Positions 43,381 to 55,940 of a stretch of DNA of 64,000 bases are shown here, piece by piece. This stretch comes from Macrostomum hystrix. Its lineage: Eukaryota; Animalia; Platyhelminthes. Both the position numbers and the translations under genes were made by a program. The notes below the pieces were generated by a model, which was not told the DNA's origin, made no database searches, and saw only the letters and a program-made list of their open reading frames with translations. Position 1 is the first letter of the stretch. Every line of letters starts with the position of its first letter. The stretch lies in NCBI GenBank assembly GCA_950097015.1, contig CATNEN010000038.1, positions 30,070,001 through 30,134,000 on the forward strand, written 5' to 3'.

Positions 43381-45511
43381 GCAGCAGATAGCTACACAGG
43401 AGAATAATTCAAATAGTAGTTTATCCAAATTGGTTCCCTCAGTTGCTACTCCAGCTGCTCAATATCCCCATCTGCAGCAGCAGCAGCAGCAACAGCAGCC
43501 GAACAGCAGCCTCCGGCTTCCGCCAACGGCCATCTCTCGTCAGCATCAGAGAGACTCGACTCTGACATTGTCCTCCGAGCCAGACGCCTCAGCGGAGGAT
43601 GGCACGAATATTTTGAAGGTCGCATTCGCAGACACTGGCGAAACTGTTGAAACAATCGTTGTACCGCAGCAGCTGAATCGTCGGCATCTTGCCAATGTCG
43701 CAACTGCCAACGAAGCTGCAACAGATGAAGATCTGCCTTCACAAGCTTCTGAACACTCTCAGAGAATTAGCCAAGCTGCAGCACCTGAACAAAGCAACGA
43801 CTCCCGGAACAATTACTCGATGCAATCTCATGAACCAATCACAACTGCCCAGACATCTAGCCACAATGCGACTGTCTCTAGCGGTGCAGGTGGAGCAATT
43901 TCAAAGAGATCATTGATAAAGCAGCAGAAATCAATTTTGAAGCCTTCGCAACCAATCAGACCGAAGCTGTCTCAGTCTGTAGCTATTGATAACGACATCA
44001 GGTAGAGCTTTGACTATTCAAATATCATCGGAACCGATTTACTTCGAGTAAATTCTTAAAATTTTACAAACCAAGTTCTCTGATTGGTTTAGTCGACGAC
44101 TTAAAGCACAAATTTTCTTAGAAGTTTGATCACGTTGGTTCCTTGCTTGACTCCTTACTTCTCTACCAAGGACTTCTGGAGATAACACCGAGATAAACCA
44201 TATTTATAATGTCGGATTTTTTAGATTATTTGACTGTACTATTATTATGCAGTTAAATAATTATCAGGGTGAATTCTCTACCTTGGGAAAATATTCGAAC
44301 TCGTGACCTCTCAGGTCTATTCACTTGGCTACTAAATCGCAATAGTGACTCGTGTTTCTACACTCTGTGCTCAAAGAAGTAATCATTTTTAGATAGAGCT
44401 GTTCTCATCTAATCAAGGTGTTATATTTAGAAGTCCTTAATTAACATTCGATGTCTTGTCTCTTGCGTGACGCACAGAAAACACCTAAAAATAATCACTT
44501 AATAAGCACTCTGTTCGTATCGACGTGAATTTGTCAGTCTGGCATGCTTTGCTTTATCATTTTTTAAGCGACCAGAAGCAAGGCAAATTTCAATTCGAGG
44601 AAGCATCCGACTTGAAGAACGAAACTAAAAACATGGAGCATGGCACCAATTCGGACTTTTCAACGAAAAACTTGCACCCCGATAATGCCATACTGAATAC
44701 TGATATACTGAAGGCTAGTTCAGAACCTTCAACTACTACTGTCAATGATGCTGCTGCTGCTGTTGCTGCCGCTAGTCACAATACTCAGATTGCTGATAGA
44801 CTCAGCGGTCAGAAAATCACTGCAACTCAAATCAATCCAGAGAGAAGGAATTGGTATCTGCGGTTTTATCTAAATTTATTTCGTGTAGACCTTATTAAAT
44901 ATTTTATAATACCTTTTATAATCTGCGTCTGCCAAACCTAGTTTTGTAATCCTACTTGGAACCAAATCTAACCAGTGTATTTCAATAAATTTTTCTTTGT
45001 TCAAACTACTAGTAATATTGACTGTATACCATTCATCGTTTCCTAGATGTTGTTACTTGGCACATTCTGATATGAATTACTTGATTTGAAATTGACCTCT
45101 TTACTAAAGTCGTATTTCCTTAAATGAACTTAGGTTTAAAATCACGCTCCAAAATGTCCTTTATTTCTTCCCTGTCTTATCTCTCCATTGTCTTATCCCC
45201 GAGTCTAATCTCTCCCTTCTCCCGTGTCTCATCTCTCCCCTCTCCCGTGTCTCATCTCTCCCGTGTCTCATCTCTCCCGTGTCTCATCTCTCCCGTGTCT
45301 CATCTCTCCCGTGTCTCATCTCTCCCGTGTCTCATCTCTCGCGTTTCTCACCTCTCCCCTGTCTCATCTCTATCCTGTCTCACCTCTCCCCTTTCTTAAT
45401 TTTCCTGGCCTCCCTTAGTATAACCTACAAAAAAGTTATTATGGATAGTTGTGTTTTATATGCTTGTCCTATTAGTGAGCCACAATGCGTTAAGTCCGTT
45501 GAACCTATATA

Positions 45512-45564
<53 letters not shown>

Positions 45565-48500
45565 TTTGCAAAACTGTTTTTTTATTTAAAACTATCAATC
45601 GATAAAATTAAATAGGCCCGGACTTCACCTAGCCGATCACCCAATCGTTGGAGAATTCATGCGGACCTACAATCACATCATGAAATCTAAGACTCGATTG
45701 AGCGAGCTACTCAGCGAAAACGGTGATTCGAACTTTATTTTAGCTGAATTCATTCAACGTTAGGTAAACGCGCTTCCTTACCTGTTAAATAATTTTCAGA
45801 CACATACAAAGAGGTTGCAAACAATCTAACCAGTCTGGGCCAGGAGGCTTTGAAATTGGATCGAGAGAATCGCATCACACCGCAGATTGAAGATCTGGGA
45901 AGAAATTTAACGTTTGGTATGACATTTTTGCTGTCTATGACTTGGAATATGTACCTGGTACACTGTCTACCACTTTTGTCTACGACTCTCTGTTTAAATG
46001 AATCTTTGTCAATGACTCTCTGTCTAATTGAATCTTTGTCAGTGACTCTCTGTCTAATTGAATCTTTGTCAATGACTCTCTGTCTAAATGAATCTTTGTC
46101 TATGACTCTCTGTCTAATTGAATCTTTGTCTACTACTGTCTATGACTCTCTGTCTAATTGAATCTTTGTCTACTACTGTCTATGACTCTCTGTCTAATTG
46201 AATCTTTGTCTACTACTGTCTATGACTCTCTGTCTAATTGAATCTTTGTCTACTACTGTCTATGACTCTCTGTCTAATTGAATCTTTGTCTACTACTGTC
46301 TATGACTCTCTGTCTAATTGAATCTTTGTCTACTACTGTCTATGACTCTCTGTCTAATTGAATCTTTGTCTACTACTGTCTATGACTCTCTGTCTAATTG
46401 AATATTTGTCTACTACTGTCCATGACTCTCTGTCTAAATGAATCTTTGTCCACGACTCTCTGTCTAATTGAATCTTTGTCTATGACTCTCTGTCTAATTG
46501 AATCTTTGTCTACTACTGTCCATGACTCTCTGTCTAATTGAATCTTTGTCTACTACTGTCCATGACTCTCTGTCTATGACTCTCTGCTAATGACTATCTC
46601 TCTTTCGTCTCGTATCCCCCTGTCTCATCACTCAAGTGTCTACGACCATTTTGTCTTTATTTCCGGTTTTGGATGAACAGTTTTTGGATGAACATTAAGT
46701 AAGCCCTTTGTGCAATTTTCCTAAATCAACCTCATTTTCTCCGCAGTATCCGACCAGATATTCCTTCTAGTGGAGAATGTCATTCTCAGCATGGAGAATC
46801 TCCGCCAACAGCAGCAGCAGCAGCAGCCTCAGTCGTCGACCAAGACAGCGCAGTCAGTGGACAACACCACCGTCTCGAATCAGAAGCACGACGAGTTGAT
46901 GAAACAAATTGAAGACCTTCAGACCAAATATCTCAATGTGTGAGTGCTTTGAGAACAATTCACTGGCAATTTAAGTTGAGTATTTCGGAATTAACCCTTG
47001 TTCCTTTCGAATAGCTTCTAAGGGCGGAAGGTAAAAGGCAGAGCAAAATGACAGATTTTCGCGAAAGCCCACCATATGGATAATAACTTCCCGCTCCTTA
47101 ACGATGAACTGACTTTCAAGGTTGTCCGAAGTCAGCGGAATGTGCTGAATTGCCTCCTCACTGACTGCTGATGTACCCGTGCCCACAAGCAATTAATAAA
47201 AATAATTACTAGTGCCATTAGTGTCATCTGTGTCATAATTAAACTTAGTCAAGCAACGTCAAAAACGTCTTCAGCGGTCGGCTAATGCAAGAAAAGGAAG
47301 CGAAATTTCAATCCGACTTATCCGAACGTGACAACGAAATTCGGGAACTTCAGCAGTCGGTAGCTCAGCTTCAGTCTGAGCTGTCCCGGCTGCGCGCTGA
47401 ACAGCAGGTGGACCTGCAGAACAGCCTGATGTTCACAAAGCTCGACGCCGACCGCAACACCAAGACCCTCAAACGAGCCTTGGCTAGCCGACGCATCGGC
47501 GAGGCGGCCTATGAGACGGCCGTCGAAGCCATGGAGGAGTACGCCAGCGTCCCAGCCCGACGCCTGCTAACAATGGCTCGAAGAATGCTTCATCGACGCA
47601 CAGTTGAGAAACTGCAGACTGCTATCCTCGGTGGAGACGAGTTGACGGAGGAGCGAGCCAGACTGCTGCTAAATCGACTCGAAGATTTCGAAGCCAAAGC
47701 TGGGCGTCGCTACGATCAGATTATGGACCGGCTGAGGGAGGAGCGACTGCGGCTGGCTAGAGGCCTTGTCGACACTTTCGAAGATGTCGGCGAATCTTGC
47801 AGCATCTTTTTAATTAGACCCGTGCTGTCACTGAGGCACAGAGAAAATCTCGAGCAGCACTACCGGTATGACTGGGGATTTAGTGGAATCTTTTATATTT
47901 CTTTATGGGGTTTGACAGAATAATCTGTCGGATATATAAGAAAGCAACGATTAATAAAGGCAGGCTTGTTTGTTGAGCAATGTGCTCAGGAGTCAGCGGA
48001 ATGGACAGAATTGCCTCCTCGTCAGCTGTCGGGTTTAGGTAGAGAACGAGGTGACCCGGTTGAGGTAGAAAACAAGGTAGCCAGATTCAAGTACATGACA
48101 AGGTAGCCAGGTTTAGGTCGATAACTGGTTGTCATCTTCCAGCTCGGTGGTAGAACGGAATCGTCGAGCTGCCGCACAACGCCGAGCTGAAGATGAGCTG
48201 CTCGCCGCGAGCAACCGCGCCAGAGCTCAGCAGCAGCGCCTATCGCCCTGTCCGGAAGAAGATGGACCTGACGGCAGTCGGCGATTGCCCGACATCTCAG
48301 GAAGCGGAGTCAGACACGATACCAGTCTGTCCGATGTTTGGAATGTGAGTGTCGGGCTGTGAGATTATCTACCAAATCTCAAACTTTCAAATCTCACATT
48401 TATTTAATATCACCCTTTGACGTTTTAAAAAATTTGAAATCTATCAAACCGAAATCGATCATCGCTAACTTACATTCCGTCACTAGATTCATGCGTCCAC

Positions 48501-49563
48501 CGACATGAGAATGCTTCCAGCAGGCTTTGACAGAACTCTTCTCAACACGCCCAGACTATTGGAGATGGACGTGAACAAGATCCTGCTTGGTCAGAATCGT
48601 ATCAGGTACAAGATAATTTGTAGCTTTAATTTAATCTCACCTATCTTAAACGTAACCACAACCGCGTTTCTTTATCTAAAAGATTGAATCTCACTCCTTA
48701 AATATGAGTATCATAAGTCTAAAAACTTAAGATCTCACAATTTATCTCTTTTCAGAAAACAAAAGTCGGATATATGATTTACAAAATATAATTTCATAGT
48801 TTGCTCATCATAAAAACCTGACTGTCTTCAATCAAAAACTGCTCATTTCTCAGTGCCTCAATGGACGCAGATGTCGGTGGAGTTGGTGGAGGCAGCTTGC
48901 GCTACTACGTGCCATTGAAGAGGCGATCAATGGACAACTTTTCGACTACAATGCACGGTATTTAAATCAGCTTTTTTTAATCAGATGCCGTGAGATGGGT
49001 GCTGTATGGTCTTTGAACCCACCCGTCGCTGCGCTAGTTTAGCTATGTACAATAAATGTACATTCGCCACGCCATCTCTTCCCCTCACCGAAATGACACA
49101 ATTCTCATCCACTTATCGATTTTTATTATCTAATTCAGTAACCTCACCCCGCTCGTCCGCCTTAGGGTCCGCTCCCGCGTCAAAAATGACAAAAAACTTC
49201 ACACCCCATTTGCCACAGTCCAGCAGATTCTTGATTTGTTTAATAGTCTATTATTTTTCTATCCTTCTACATACAGCCAACATCTATCTGTTAGTCTTAT
49301 AATGTACATTCGATGTACATGCACCGCGTAATCTTCTTTTCTTGCAGAGGATAGAATTAACTTAACTTAATAAAATTTAAGTTAATTTACGAGTACTTAT
49401 CTTTTCAATCCATCTTCCTTAATTACGAGCATAAGTAATACCTCAAATTGCAGAGCTGGGCGCCCCTCCTCCAACAACGCCAGCTCTGGGCAAGCAGCCG
49501 CCTACAGCAGGTGCCACAAGCACTGTGCCACTGCCTCCGATCAAGTCCAAAACGCACTCGTAA
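28524..49563 (+). CDS. Large multi-exon coiled-coil protein, FAM186A/B-like. Exons include 28524-28676, 28754-28828, 29501-29629, 29737-29927, 30001-30086, 30813-31081, 31162-31237, 32497-32603, 34982-35011, ~36523-36600, ~37294-37429, ~37820-37882, 38165-~38440, ~39890-40101, ~42733-42848, 42923-42929, 43264-44001, ~44569-44853, ~45616-45722, ~45800-45916, 46747-~46939, 47275-47865, 48143-48344, ~48487-48605, 48854-48957, 49454-49563
   Basis: Chain of GT-AG-bounded open exons with consistent phase, except one unresolved junction at 38440-39890. The N-terminus (ARDVLERNERQALNRLAGERRDELNRVLRRVDHI..KKKYLDDI) and C-terminus (MFTKLDADRN..RLEDF..IFLIRPV) resemble my recollection of FAM186A terminal domains. 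Confidence 0.7.
28915..29070 (+). mobile_element. Degenerate SINE family 2 (CORE-like) copy
   Basis: TTTAGCAGGACACTTAG..CTTCAGTTCTCCCAGCTGTAGAACTGGTACCAG is similar to 14860-14920. Confidence 0.55.
29205..29465 (-). mobile_element. SINE family 1 copy with internal deletions
   Basis: Reverse complement of the family body (GGAGGCAATTCTGCCCATTTCGCTGACTCCTGAGCACAC..CGCGGAATCGAGCTCAGGG). Confidence 0.85.
30290..30710. repeat. ~44-bp intronic minisatellite (CAATTGGCTGGTGGAAAAGTCTACCCTTAAGTATCAAACAAAATTT-like)
   Basis: About 9-10 copies. Confidence 0.95.
31270..32493. repeat. 16-bp intronic minisatellite (GTGAACTTGTGAACCC)
   Basis: About 75 almost perfect copies filling the intron. Confidence 0.98.
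32890..33915. repeat. 19-bp intronic minisatellite (TAATCTACCAGACACCWAA)
   Basis: Direct inspection. Confidence 0.95.
36645..37140. repeat. ~86-bp tandem repeat, 4-5 copies
   Basis: Repeated CAGCCACCCCACACCCGACCGACCC..CCCCTCAATGTACATTGTCTATTT. Confidence 0.9.
38553..38725 (-). mobile_element. SINE family 2 (CORE-like) copy
   Basis: Reverse complement matches 14815-14980 (GGGAATCGAACCC B box, TTGTTCCAGTGGA, CCCAGCTGATGCT). Confidence 0.75.
41027..42112 (-). CDS. Uncharacterised 361-aa poly-Q-containing protein nested antisense in an intron of the FAM186-like gene
   Basis: Long ATG-to-stop ORF with exon-like GC content inside an AT-rich intron. Trp-rich ordered N-terminal half. Upstream acceptor-like TTCACAG near 42160 and CCAAT/GC boxes at 42280-42400. 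Confidence 0.7.
45205..45395. repeat. ~17-bp tandem repeat (CCCGTGTCTCATCTCTC)
   Basis: Direct inspection. Confidence 0.9.
45506..45562. repeat. (TA)n microsatellite
   Basis: Direct inspection. Confidence 0.95.
45975..46590. repeat. 30/40-bp intronic minisatellite (TGACTCTCTGTCTAATTGAATCTTTGTCTACTACTGTCTA)
   Basis: Direct inspection. Confidence 0.95.
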
Positions 49564-50659
49564 ATAAGTTCAAATAAAAAAAACAAAATGTATAATACTA
49601 GTAGCATACTACTGATAAATTATTTGTATGTGAAGACTATTTTGTGTGACAAAAAAGTTGTAAAATTGAATTAAAACGACATTTAAACAATTCGAAACTT
49701 GACATAATTATCGCATTATTAAAACAACTTTTACTATACCTGCGTAGCACTTACGTACCTCACACAGAACAAACATATTTTTTATATATGTACTCTTTCG
49801 ACATTGTTCAAGTACTTTCTGCCCTCCAAATGCGAGATCAACATAGTTGTTTTTATTTTCTCCGTAGGTTTCGTTTTTTAGACGCGTGCTTTTATTGACA
49901 TTACTTGGCATACTCGTAGGCTACTAAAATAGGGTAAGCTAATTTGTAGAAAAAAGTTGAACCTGATAACACCTTTTCTTACATTTTTTCTTGATTAAAA
50001 TGAAATAACAAAAAATAACAAAGTGCAAATTTTAAATTTAATATGTAATATAGCGCGTTTTTTCTCAGCGTAGTAAAACAAAAAGATTTAGATTTGAATA
50101 GTTAAAAATGATCCTCTTGTACTCGTACTTTTAGTTACGATTATCAAAGATTTTCTCTGAACTGAAAAATGCTCTAAACCTAAAATGTGGTGAAATAGTT
50201 CCATTAAAGGAATACAAATATCAACGTGTACATCTATTTTTTTATTTTTACTCCTAAATATAATGCCTTATTAGTTTGAATATCACTCAACTGTATTTTT
50301 ACGTTGTAGTTGTAAAGCAGTGAATTTGTTTACCTTTGTTTTCAATATTTCGTTATTTTAGCGTGCAACACAAAATGTTTCAACAGCTGAAAAACATCAA
50401 TTTATAAAACTTGTCGTTTTCAGGTCAGTAGTCAGTTCAGGCCAATTGTCCCTAGAAAATTTAACCAATTCGCTTGTTTCGATTTCGAGCTCAAAGTAAT
50501 TTTTATAATTATCTAAATTAAAATCTACTCGCTGTTGTGAACTTTACTAAAATTTTCAGTTCTTAGATAATCCCGTTGTTTTCTTGTACTTAAAGATTAC
50601 ATTTTTAAGCACAATATTTAAAAAACGTAGCATATCGATTCACCAATTTTTTCAGATTA

Positions 50660-51000
50660 AAAAAAGTGACGTCACAGGCCTAACAGGGGGAGTTTGTTAC
50701 TCCAAGAAGTGACGTCACAAGACTAGTAGATTGAGTTTGTCACTCCAAGAAGTGACGTCATAGGACGAGTAGATAGAGTTTTTCACTCTAAGAAGTGACA
50801 TTACATGACTAGTCGATTGAGTTTGTCACTCAAATTTAGCCTATCTTTTGCAGATTAAGTGAGCAATTTTTTTGCGAAACCAAATTGGTAGTGTTGCTAA
50901 CTTCAATACGATTGGCTCGAGCTAGGAGATACGAGCGTATTTGACAGCCAATTGCTGAATTCGAGCGTTTATAGATGGTATATTCTTAATCCTATATAAA
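50660..51000 (+). promoter_or_regulatory. Putative promoter: 43-bp tandem repeat carrying three perfect CRE sites, plus a TATA box
   Basis: TGACGTCA at 50667, 50710 and 50753, with a degenerate fourth near 50796. TATATAAA at 50993, 64 bp before the ATG. Confidence 0.5.
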
Positions 51001-51056
51001 ATGCGTCATGCCATCGTCACAATTTAATGTCTACGTAACTTGAAAAAAAATAAATA

Positions 51057-54000
51057 ATGGATTTTCGATTGCTGACAAAGTTTCTCTGCATTGCACTCAC
51101 CGTGCGTGTGCTTGAAATGCAAGCTAGCCCTACGGAGCCACCTGTTAAGCACTCGAATCAACCTGGACTTCGGGGTATCATCTCAACAACAACTAGCTCA
51201 GTGGCTCCGTTGGGACCAGAGATTAACGAGCCATTGTCTATCGATGGCAATTACACTATTGAACAGATTTCGCGACTTTTATTTCAGAACTACGAAAGTC
51301 ACCACAGGTAAGTTTTAGACTGGGGGGTCGGTGGCAGAGCGGTTATCGCGTTTGTGTCTCGCACCACGATCTCTCAGTTCGATTCCACGGCGTGGCAACA
51401 TTTATTTGGGGCGCAGCCGCGGAGAGAAGGCATGAGGGCTTGTCGTGTAATTTACGCCCTTGAGGGCCAACCTCCAAGACACAGTGAAATGTACACTGCC
51501 TGATGATGAGAAAGTCTGGGCAGATGTACACACCTGTGTGAGCGTATGCCTGCGTACAGTATCTGTGTGTGTGTGTGCTCAGGAGTCGGCGAAATAGGGA
51601 GAATTGCCTCCTCACTGGCTGCGGGTCTAGTGTCACCAAATGATGTGCCATTGCCCGCAGCCCTGCTGCAATTATTATTATTATTAAGTTTTAGACTACA
51701 CTTAGTCCAATCTCCTGAACTAACAACCTACTTACCCGCCCGATCTACCAATCTACCTTTTTCCTGATCTACCAATCTACCTTCCTCCTGATCTACCAAT
51801 CTACCTTCCTCCTGATCTACCAAACTACTAACCTCCGGATCTACTAATCTACTACCCTCCCGATCTACCAATCTACCAACCTCCTGAGCAAAAAACTTAT
51901 ACTAATTTATTACCAATCATCACTCCACAATGTCGCTCAGACCCGGCTTCAGTGGGGAACCAACTGTAGTTGAAATCAACATGCACGTACAAAGTTTCGG
52001 TAGTATCAACGTCATCGACATGGACTACAGCATTGACCTACTGCTGCGGCAGAAGTGGCGCGATCCAAGACTTCGATTCAGGGGCTATCGGCACACGTTT
52101 AGCCTGAGCTACCTGAAGGACCGCTTGTGGATACCTGATTTGTTCTTTCGAAATGCTAAATATGGTTTTCTGCACGTGATCACGGCTCCAAACTACCTGA
52201 TCTGGCTGCAACAGGACGGCTTGATTACGTTTTCACAGAAACTTACTGTTAAGTTAGCCTGCCCAATGCAGGTGAGTGAAGCGTTCCAGTGTGATTTGCA
52301 TGGACATACCAAGTGTTATTGTCCATGGACATACTAAGTGTTATTGTCCATGGACATACTAAGTGTTATTGTCCATGGACATACTAAGTGTTATTGTCCA
52401 TGGACATACTAAGTGTTATTGGTATGTCCATGGACATACCATTGTGATATAGATTGTGATATAGAGCTAAACAGTCAGCAGACACTAATCTAAAATAAAC
52501 ATTCCAGCTATGGAACTTCCCCATGGACACCCAGCTGTGTCCTCTAGAGATTGGCAGCTACGGTTTCGCATTGAGCGACCTAAAATTCGTTTGGATGCGC
52601 GACAAAGAATCCGTGACCTTGAACCAGCAGCTCATACTCAACGAATTTGAACTGCCCTCCATTCGTTCGGGCAGCTGCCAGAAGGCCTATAACGCCACCG
52701 GAGCTTTCACCTGCCTATTTGTTGAATTTAAACTCGTGCGCAAATTTGGATTCTATTTAATCTACACCTATCTGCCGTCGATACTAATTGTGGCCATCTC
52801 GTGGATCTCATTTTGGATTGATTACAAATCTGTGCCGGCTAGGATAACGCTGGGTTTGTTGTCGGTTTTGGCGCTAATGACTCAAAGTGCAGCCACTGTA
52901 CAGGTTGGTAGTTGATTGAGAACTGCGTAATTCATTTTAATACGACGGACTAATTAAGATTGGATACCCGAGACATTTGAGTTTGAGTAGGCCTTCCAAT
53001 TCGAGATGGGAGCTTGAGTATAGGCCTTGGAATTAGACATGGGAGTTTTAGTAGGACTTTCAATTTGACATCAAAGTTTGAGTTGGCCTTCAATTCTGAG
53101 TGGCAAGTTTGAGTAGGCCTTCGAATTCGACATGAGAGTTTGAGTAGGCCTTCGAATTCGACATGAGAGTTTGAGTAGGCCTTCGAATTCGACATGAGAG
53201 TTTGAGTAGGCCTTCGAATTCGACATGAGAGTTTGAGTAGGCCTTCGAATTCGACATGAGAGTTTGAGTAGGCCTTCGAATTCGACATGATTGTTTGAGT
53301 AGGCCTTCGAATTCGACATGAGAGTTTGAGTAGGCCTTCGAATTCAGCATGGAAGTTTGAGAGGGTCTTTAAATGTAAAAGTGTCGAGTTTAAACAGGTT
53401 TGTTCATTTTTAATGCGCGCCGGGAAGTGATAGCTTTAGAAAAAAATCTGAAAGGATCGAGGACTAGTTTCAATTTTCCTTAAAACAGCATAAGTGAAGA
53501 AAGTTTTTGAAACGCTATTGGAAACTCATAAAGTTCTTTCAGGAAGGTCTAAAAATAAAGTCAAACAGAGACTGGGTTTTTTTAACGAATAACTTGCAGA
53601 CGCACTAGATTGTATAGCTTTCATGCAACCAATGAACTGTAAATTCCAACTACATTATCCCATGGATACAGCATAAATTGTTCGCGATTATCGGAGCGCG
53701 AAAGCTGCTTTAGTTCTGTTCAGGTTTTCCACTTTCTCGAATAGCCTTTCAAGCGTGGCTAAGAGTATAATTGACAACAAAAGAATAGGTTATTTTAATA
53801 ACTAGTTGAGCTGATTTAGTCCTCTTACACGCAGCTTTTATTCCAATTGTAGTTCTTATCACAATTTGTGTTTATTTGTTGGTTCATTGCGCTTAATAAA
53901 ATTGTTTTTATTGGCATCAGGGCTGCGGACACTGTCGCATCATTTGGCGACAGTAGACCCGGAGCTAGCGAGGAGACAGTTCTAATGCCTATTCCACTGA

Positions 54001-54963
54001 CTCCTGAGCACACACTCACACAAGTGTGTAATCTGGCCTGACTTTCTCATCGTCAGGCAGTGCACACTCTCACTGTGACTTGGAGGTTGGTCATCAACAA
54101 GCTCCCAAGCCTTTTATCCGCGGCTACGCCCTATAATGATGTGGCCTCGCCGCGGAATGGAGCTCAGGTGCTGAGGGAGATTGCTTTCATAAAAAAGCGG
54201 CATATTTATCGGAATTTATTCACCGAATAATTATCAGAACCTACCTCGGGTTTCCTACATCAAAGCCATCGACGTCTGGCTTTTCGCCTGTCTGGCATTT
54301 GTCACCGCGTCCCTGCTAGAGTTCGCTGTTGTCAACATGATGGCCAGACGTCAGGAGCAGCGACAATTGCGCGACGAATTGCGTAATCTGATGCGCAAGG
54401 AGATGATGCGACTGGGCGGAAACCTGCTGGCTGGCGGCTCGAGGACCAACTACCGCCGGCGGAGCAAGGCATCGATTGACAAAATCAGTCGCAGTCGCAA
54501 TGCTATATCGGGCAGATTTCGGCAGCAGCTGCTGCAGCCAGATCGCATGGAGATGCAACGCCTTAATGACGACAGCGCGGCTGACAATGCTTCTGATCAT
54601 GACAATGACGGCTTGGACGACGAAAATTCTAGCAGCTACAACGAGCAAGGGTCTGGCAACCGAAGTCGCATCAACAATGAGGAAGTCAACGGCGAAGGCG
54701 CGCTGGTTGATGTCGACAATGGCGACGCTTTCGTGTGGCATCGGCGTCGCCGTGCCAACCAGAGCTGGTATCGTCCGCAGCAGCATCGACAGCAGCAGCG
54801 TAAAGATCGACAGCAACAACCGATGCAGTCGTTGACAGCGAATGCTCAGCAGTTTGAGGCCGAGAAAGTTGATCAGGCTTGCGTCTTCGCCTACCCAGCC
54901 TGCTTCCTGGTGTTCAATGTTGCGTACTGGATCACCTTTCTGTTGAAGAAAGACTTTGTCTAG
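51057..54963 (+). CDS. Anion-selective Cys-loop ligand-gated ion channel subunit (glycine receptor alpha / flatworm GluCl-like); exons 51057-51307, 51941-52271, 52508-52903, 54238-54963
   Basis: Signal peptide, [22 protein letters not shown], Cys-loop [15 protein letters not shown], loop [15 protein letters not shown]1 [17 protein letters not shown]2 [21 protein letters not shown]4 [13 protein letters not shown]. Splice phases are consistent. Confidence 0.95.
51322..51684 (+). mobile_element. SINE family 1, full-length young copy
   Basis: A and B boxes, (TTA)n tail, and a perfect 13-bp TSD TAAGTTTTAGACT (51309-51321 and 51685-51697). Confidence 0.92.
51740..51886. repeat. ~24-bp tandem repeat (GATCTACCAATCTACCTTCCTCCT)
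   Basis: Direct inspection. Confidence 0.85.
52298..52440. repeat. 25-bp tandem repeat (CATGGACATACTAAGTGTTATTGTC)
   Basis: About 5 copies. Confidence 0.9.
52975..53360. repeat. 31-bp tandem repeat (GAGTTTGAGTAGGCCTTCGAATTCGACATGA)
   Basis: Direct inspection. Confidence 0.9.
53915..54170 (-). mobile_element. Diverged SINE family 1 copy
   Basis: CATTTGGCGACAGTAGACCCG..CTGACTCCTGAGCACAC..CCTGACTTTCTCATCGTCAGGCAGTG. Confidence 0.8.
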
Positions 54964-55072
54964 CCGATTTATTATTTATTAGCTTCTTTTTTAAATTAGA
55001 TACTTAAGGTTAAGGTACTAAGGTACTATGCGCAGCGCCCGAGGTTATAGACATTGATGCCCGAAATAGCCG

Positions 55073-55204
55073 GTGTGTATTTTCATTGAGCAACGCTCAT
55101 TGAAAACAGCGGGATTCCGAGCGGTTCTGTTTGCACCATAGACATTTCACCGGTATATAATGGCGGGAATCCCAGCGTTGCTCAATGAAAATGAAAATAC
55201 ACAC
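55073..55204. mobile_element. Small inverted-repeat element (MITE-like)
   Basis: GTGTGTATTTTCATTGAGCAACGCT ... AGCGTTGCTCAATGAAAAT(GAAAAT)ACACAC. Confidence 0.55.
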
Positions 55205-55496
55205 TTAACGTTTGAAATACAAGAATCCAAAAAGAATTCCCATTAAAACCCTTGCTCAGCGTTGTTCAATGTCTACAATAGTATTACAAAAATCGTCAAC
55301 AACTGAATCATTGATTCTCGGATGCAACTTGTATATACTCGTAGATATGATAGTTTATAATTGCAGCGAAACTCATCCTTCAAAGGAACTATTGAGGGCC
55401 GAAAAACTCCAAACCAACTTTGCCATGTAGATACACCTCCAAATGATACAGTGTAAATACGTATATTAATTGTGTTATTCATTTTATAAGAGAGGA

Positions 55497-55940
55497 GAAT
55501 ACTAAGAACCATACTAAGAACTATACTAAGAACCATACTAAGAACTATACTAAGAACTATACTAAGAGTTATACTAAGAACCATACTAAGAACTATACTA
55601 AGAATTATACTAAGAATTATACTAAGAACCATACTAAGAACTATAATACTAAGAACTATACTAAGAATTATACTAAGAACCATACTAAGAACTATACTAA
55701 GAATTATACTAAGAATTATACTAAGAACCATACTAAGAACTATACTAAGAATTATACTAAGAATTATACTAAGAACCATACTAAGAACTATAATACTAAG
55801 AACTATACTAAGAATTATACTAAGAACCATACTAAGAACTATACTAAGAATTATACTAAGAATTATACTAAGAACCATACTAAGAACTATACTAAGAACT
55901 ATACTAAGAACTATACTAAGAATTATACTCAGATTTATAC
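55497..55940. repeat. 12-bp tandem repeat (ATACTAAGAAYY)
   Basis: Direct inspection. Confidence 0.95.
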
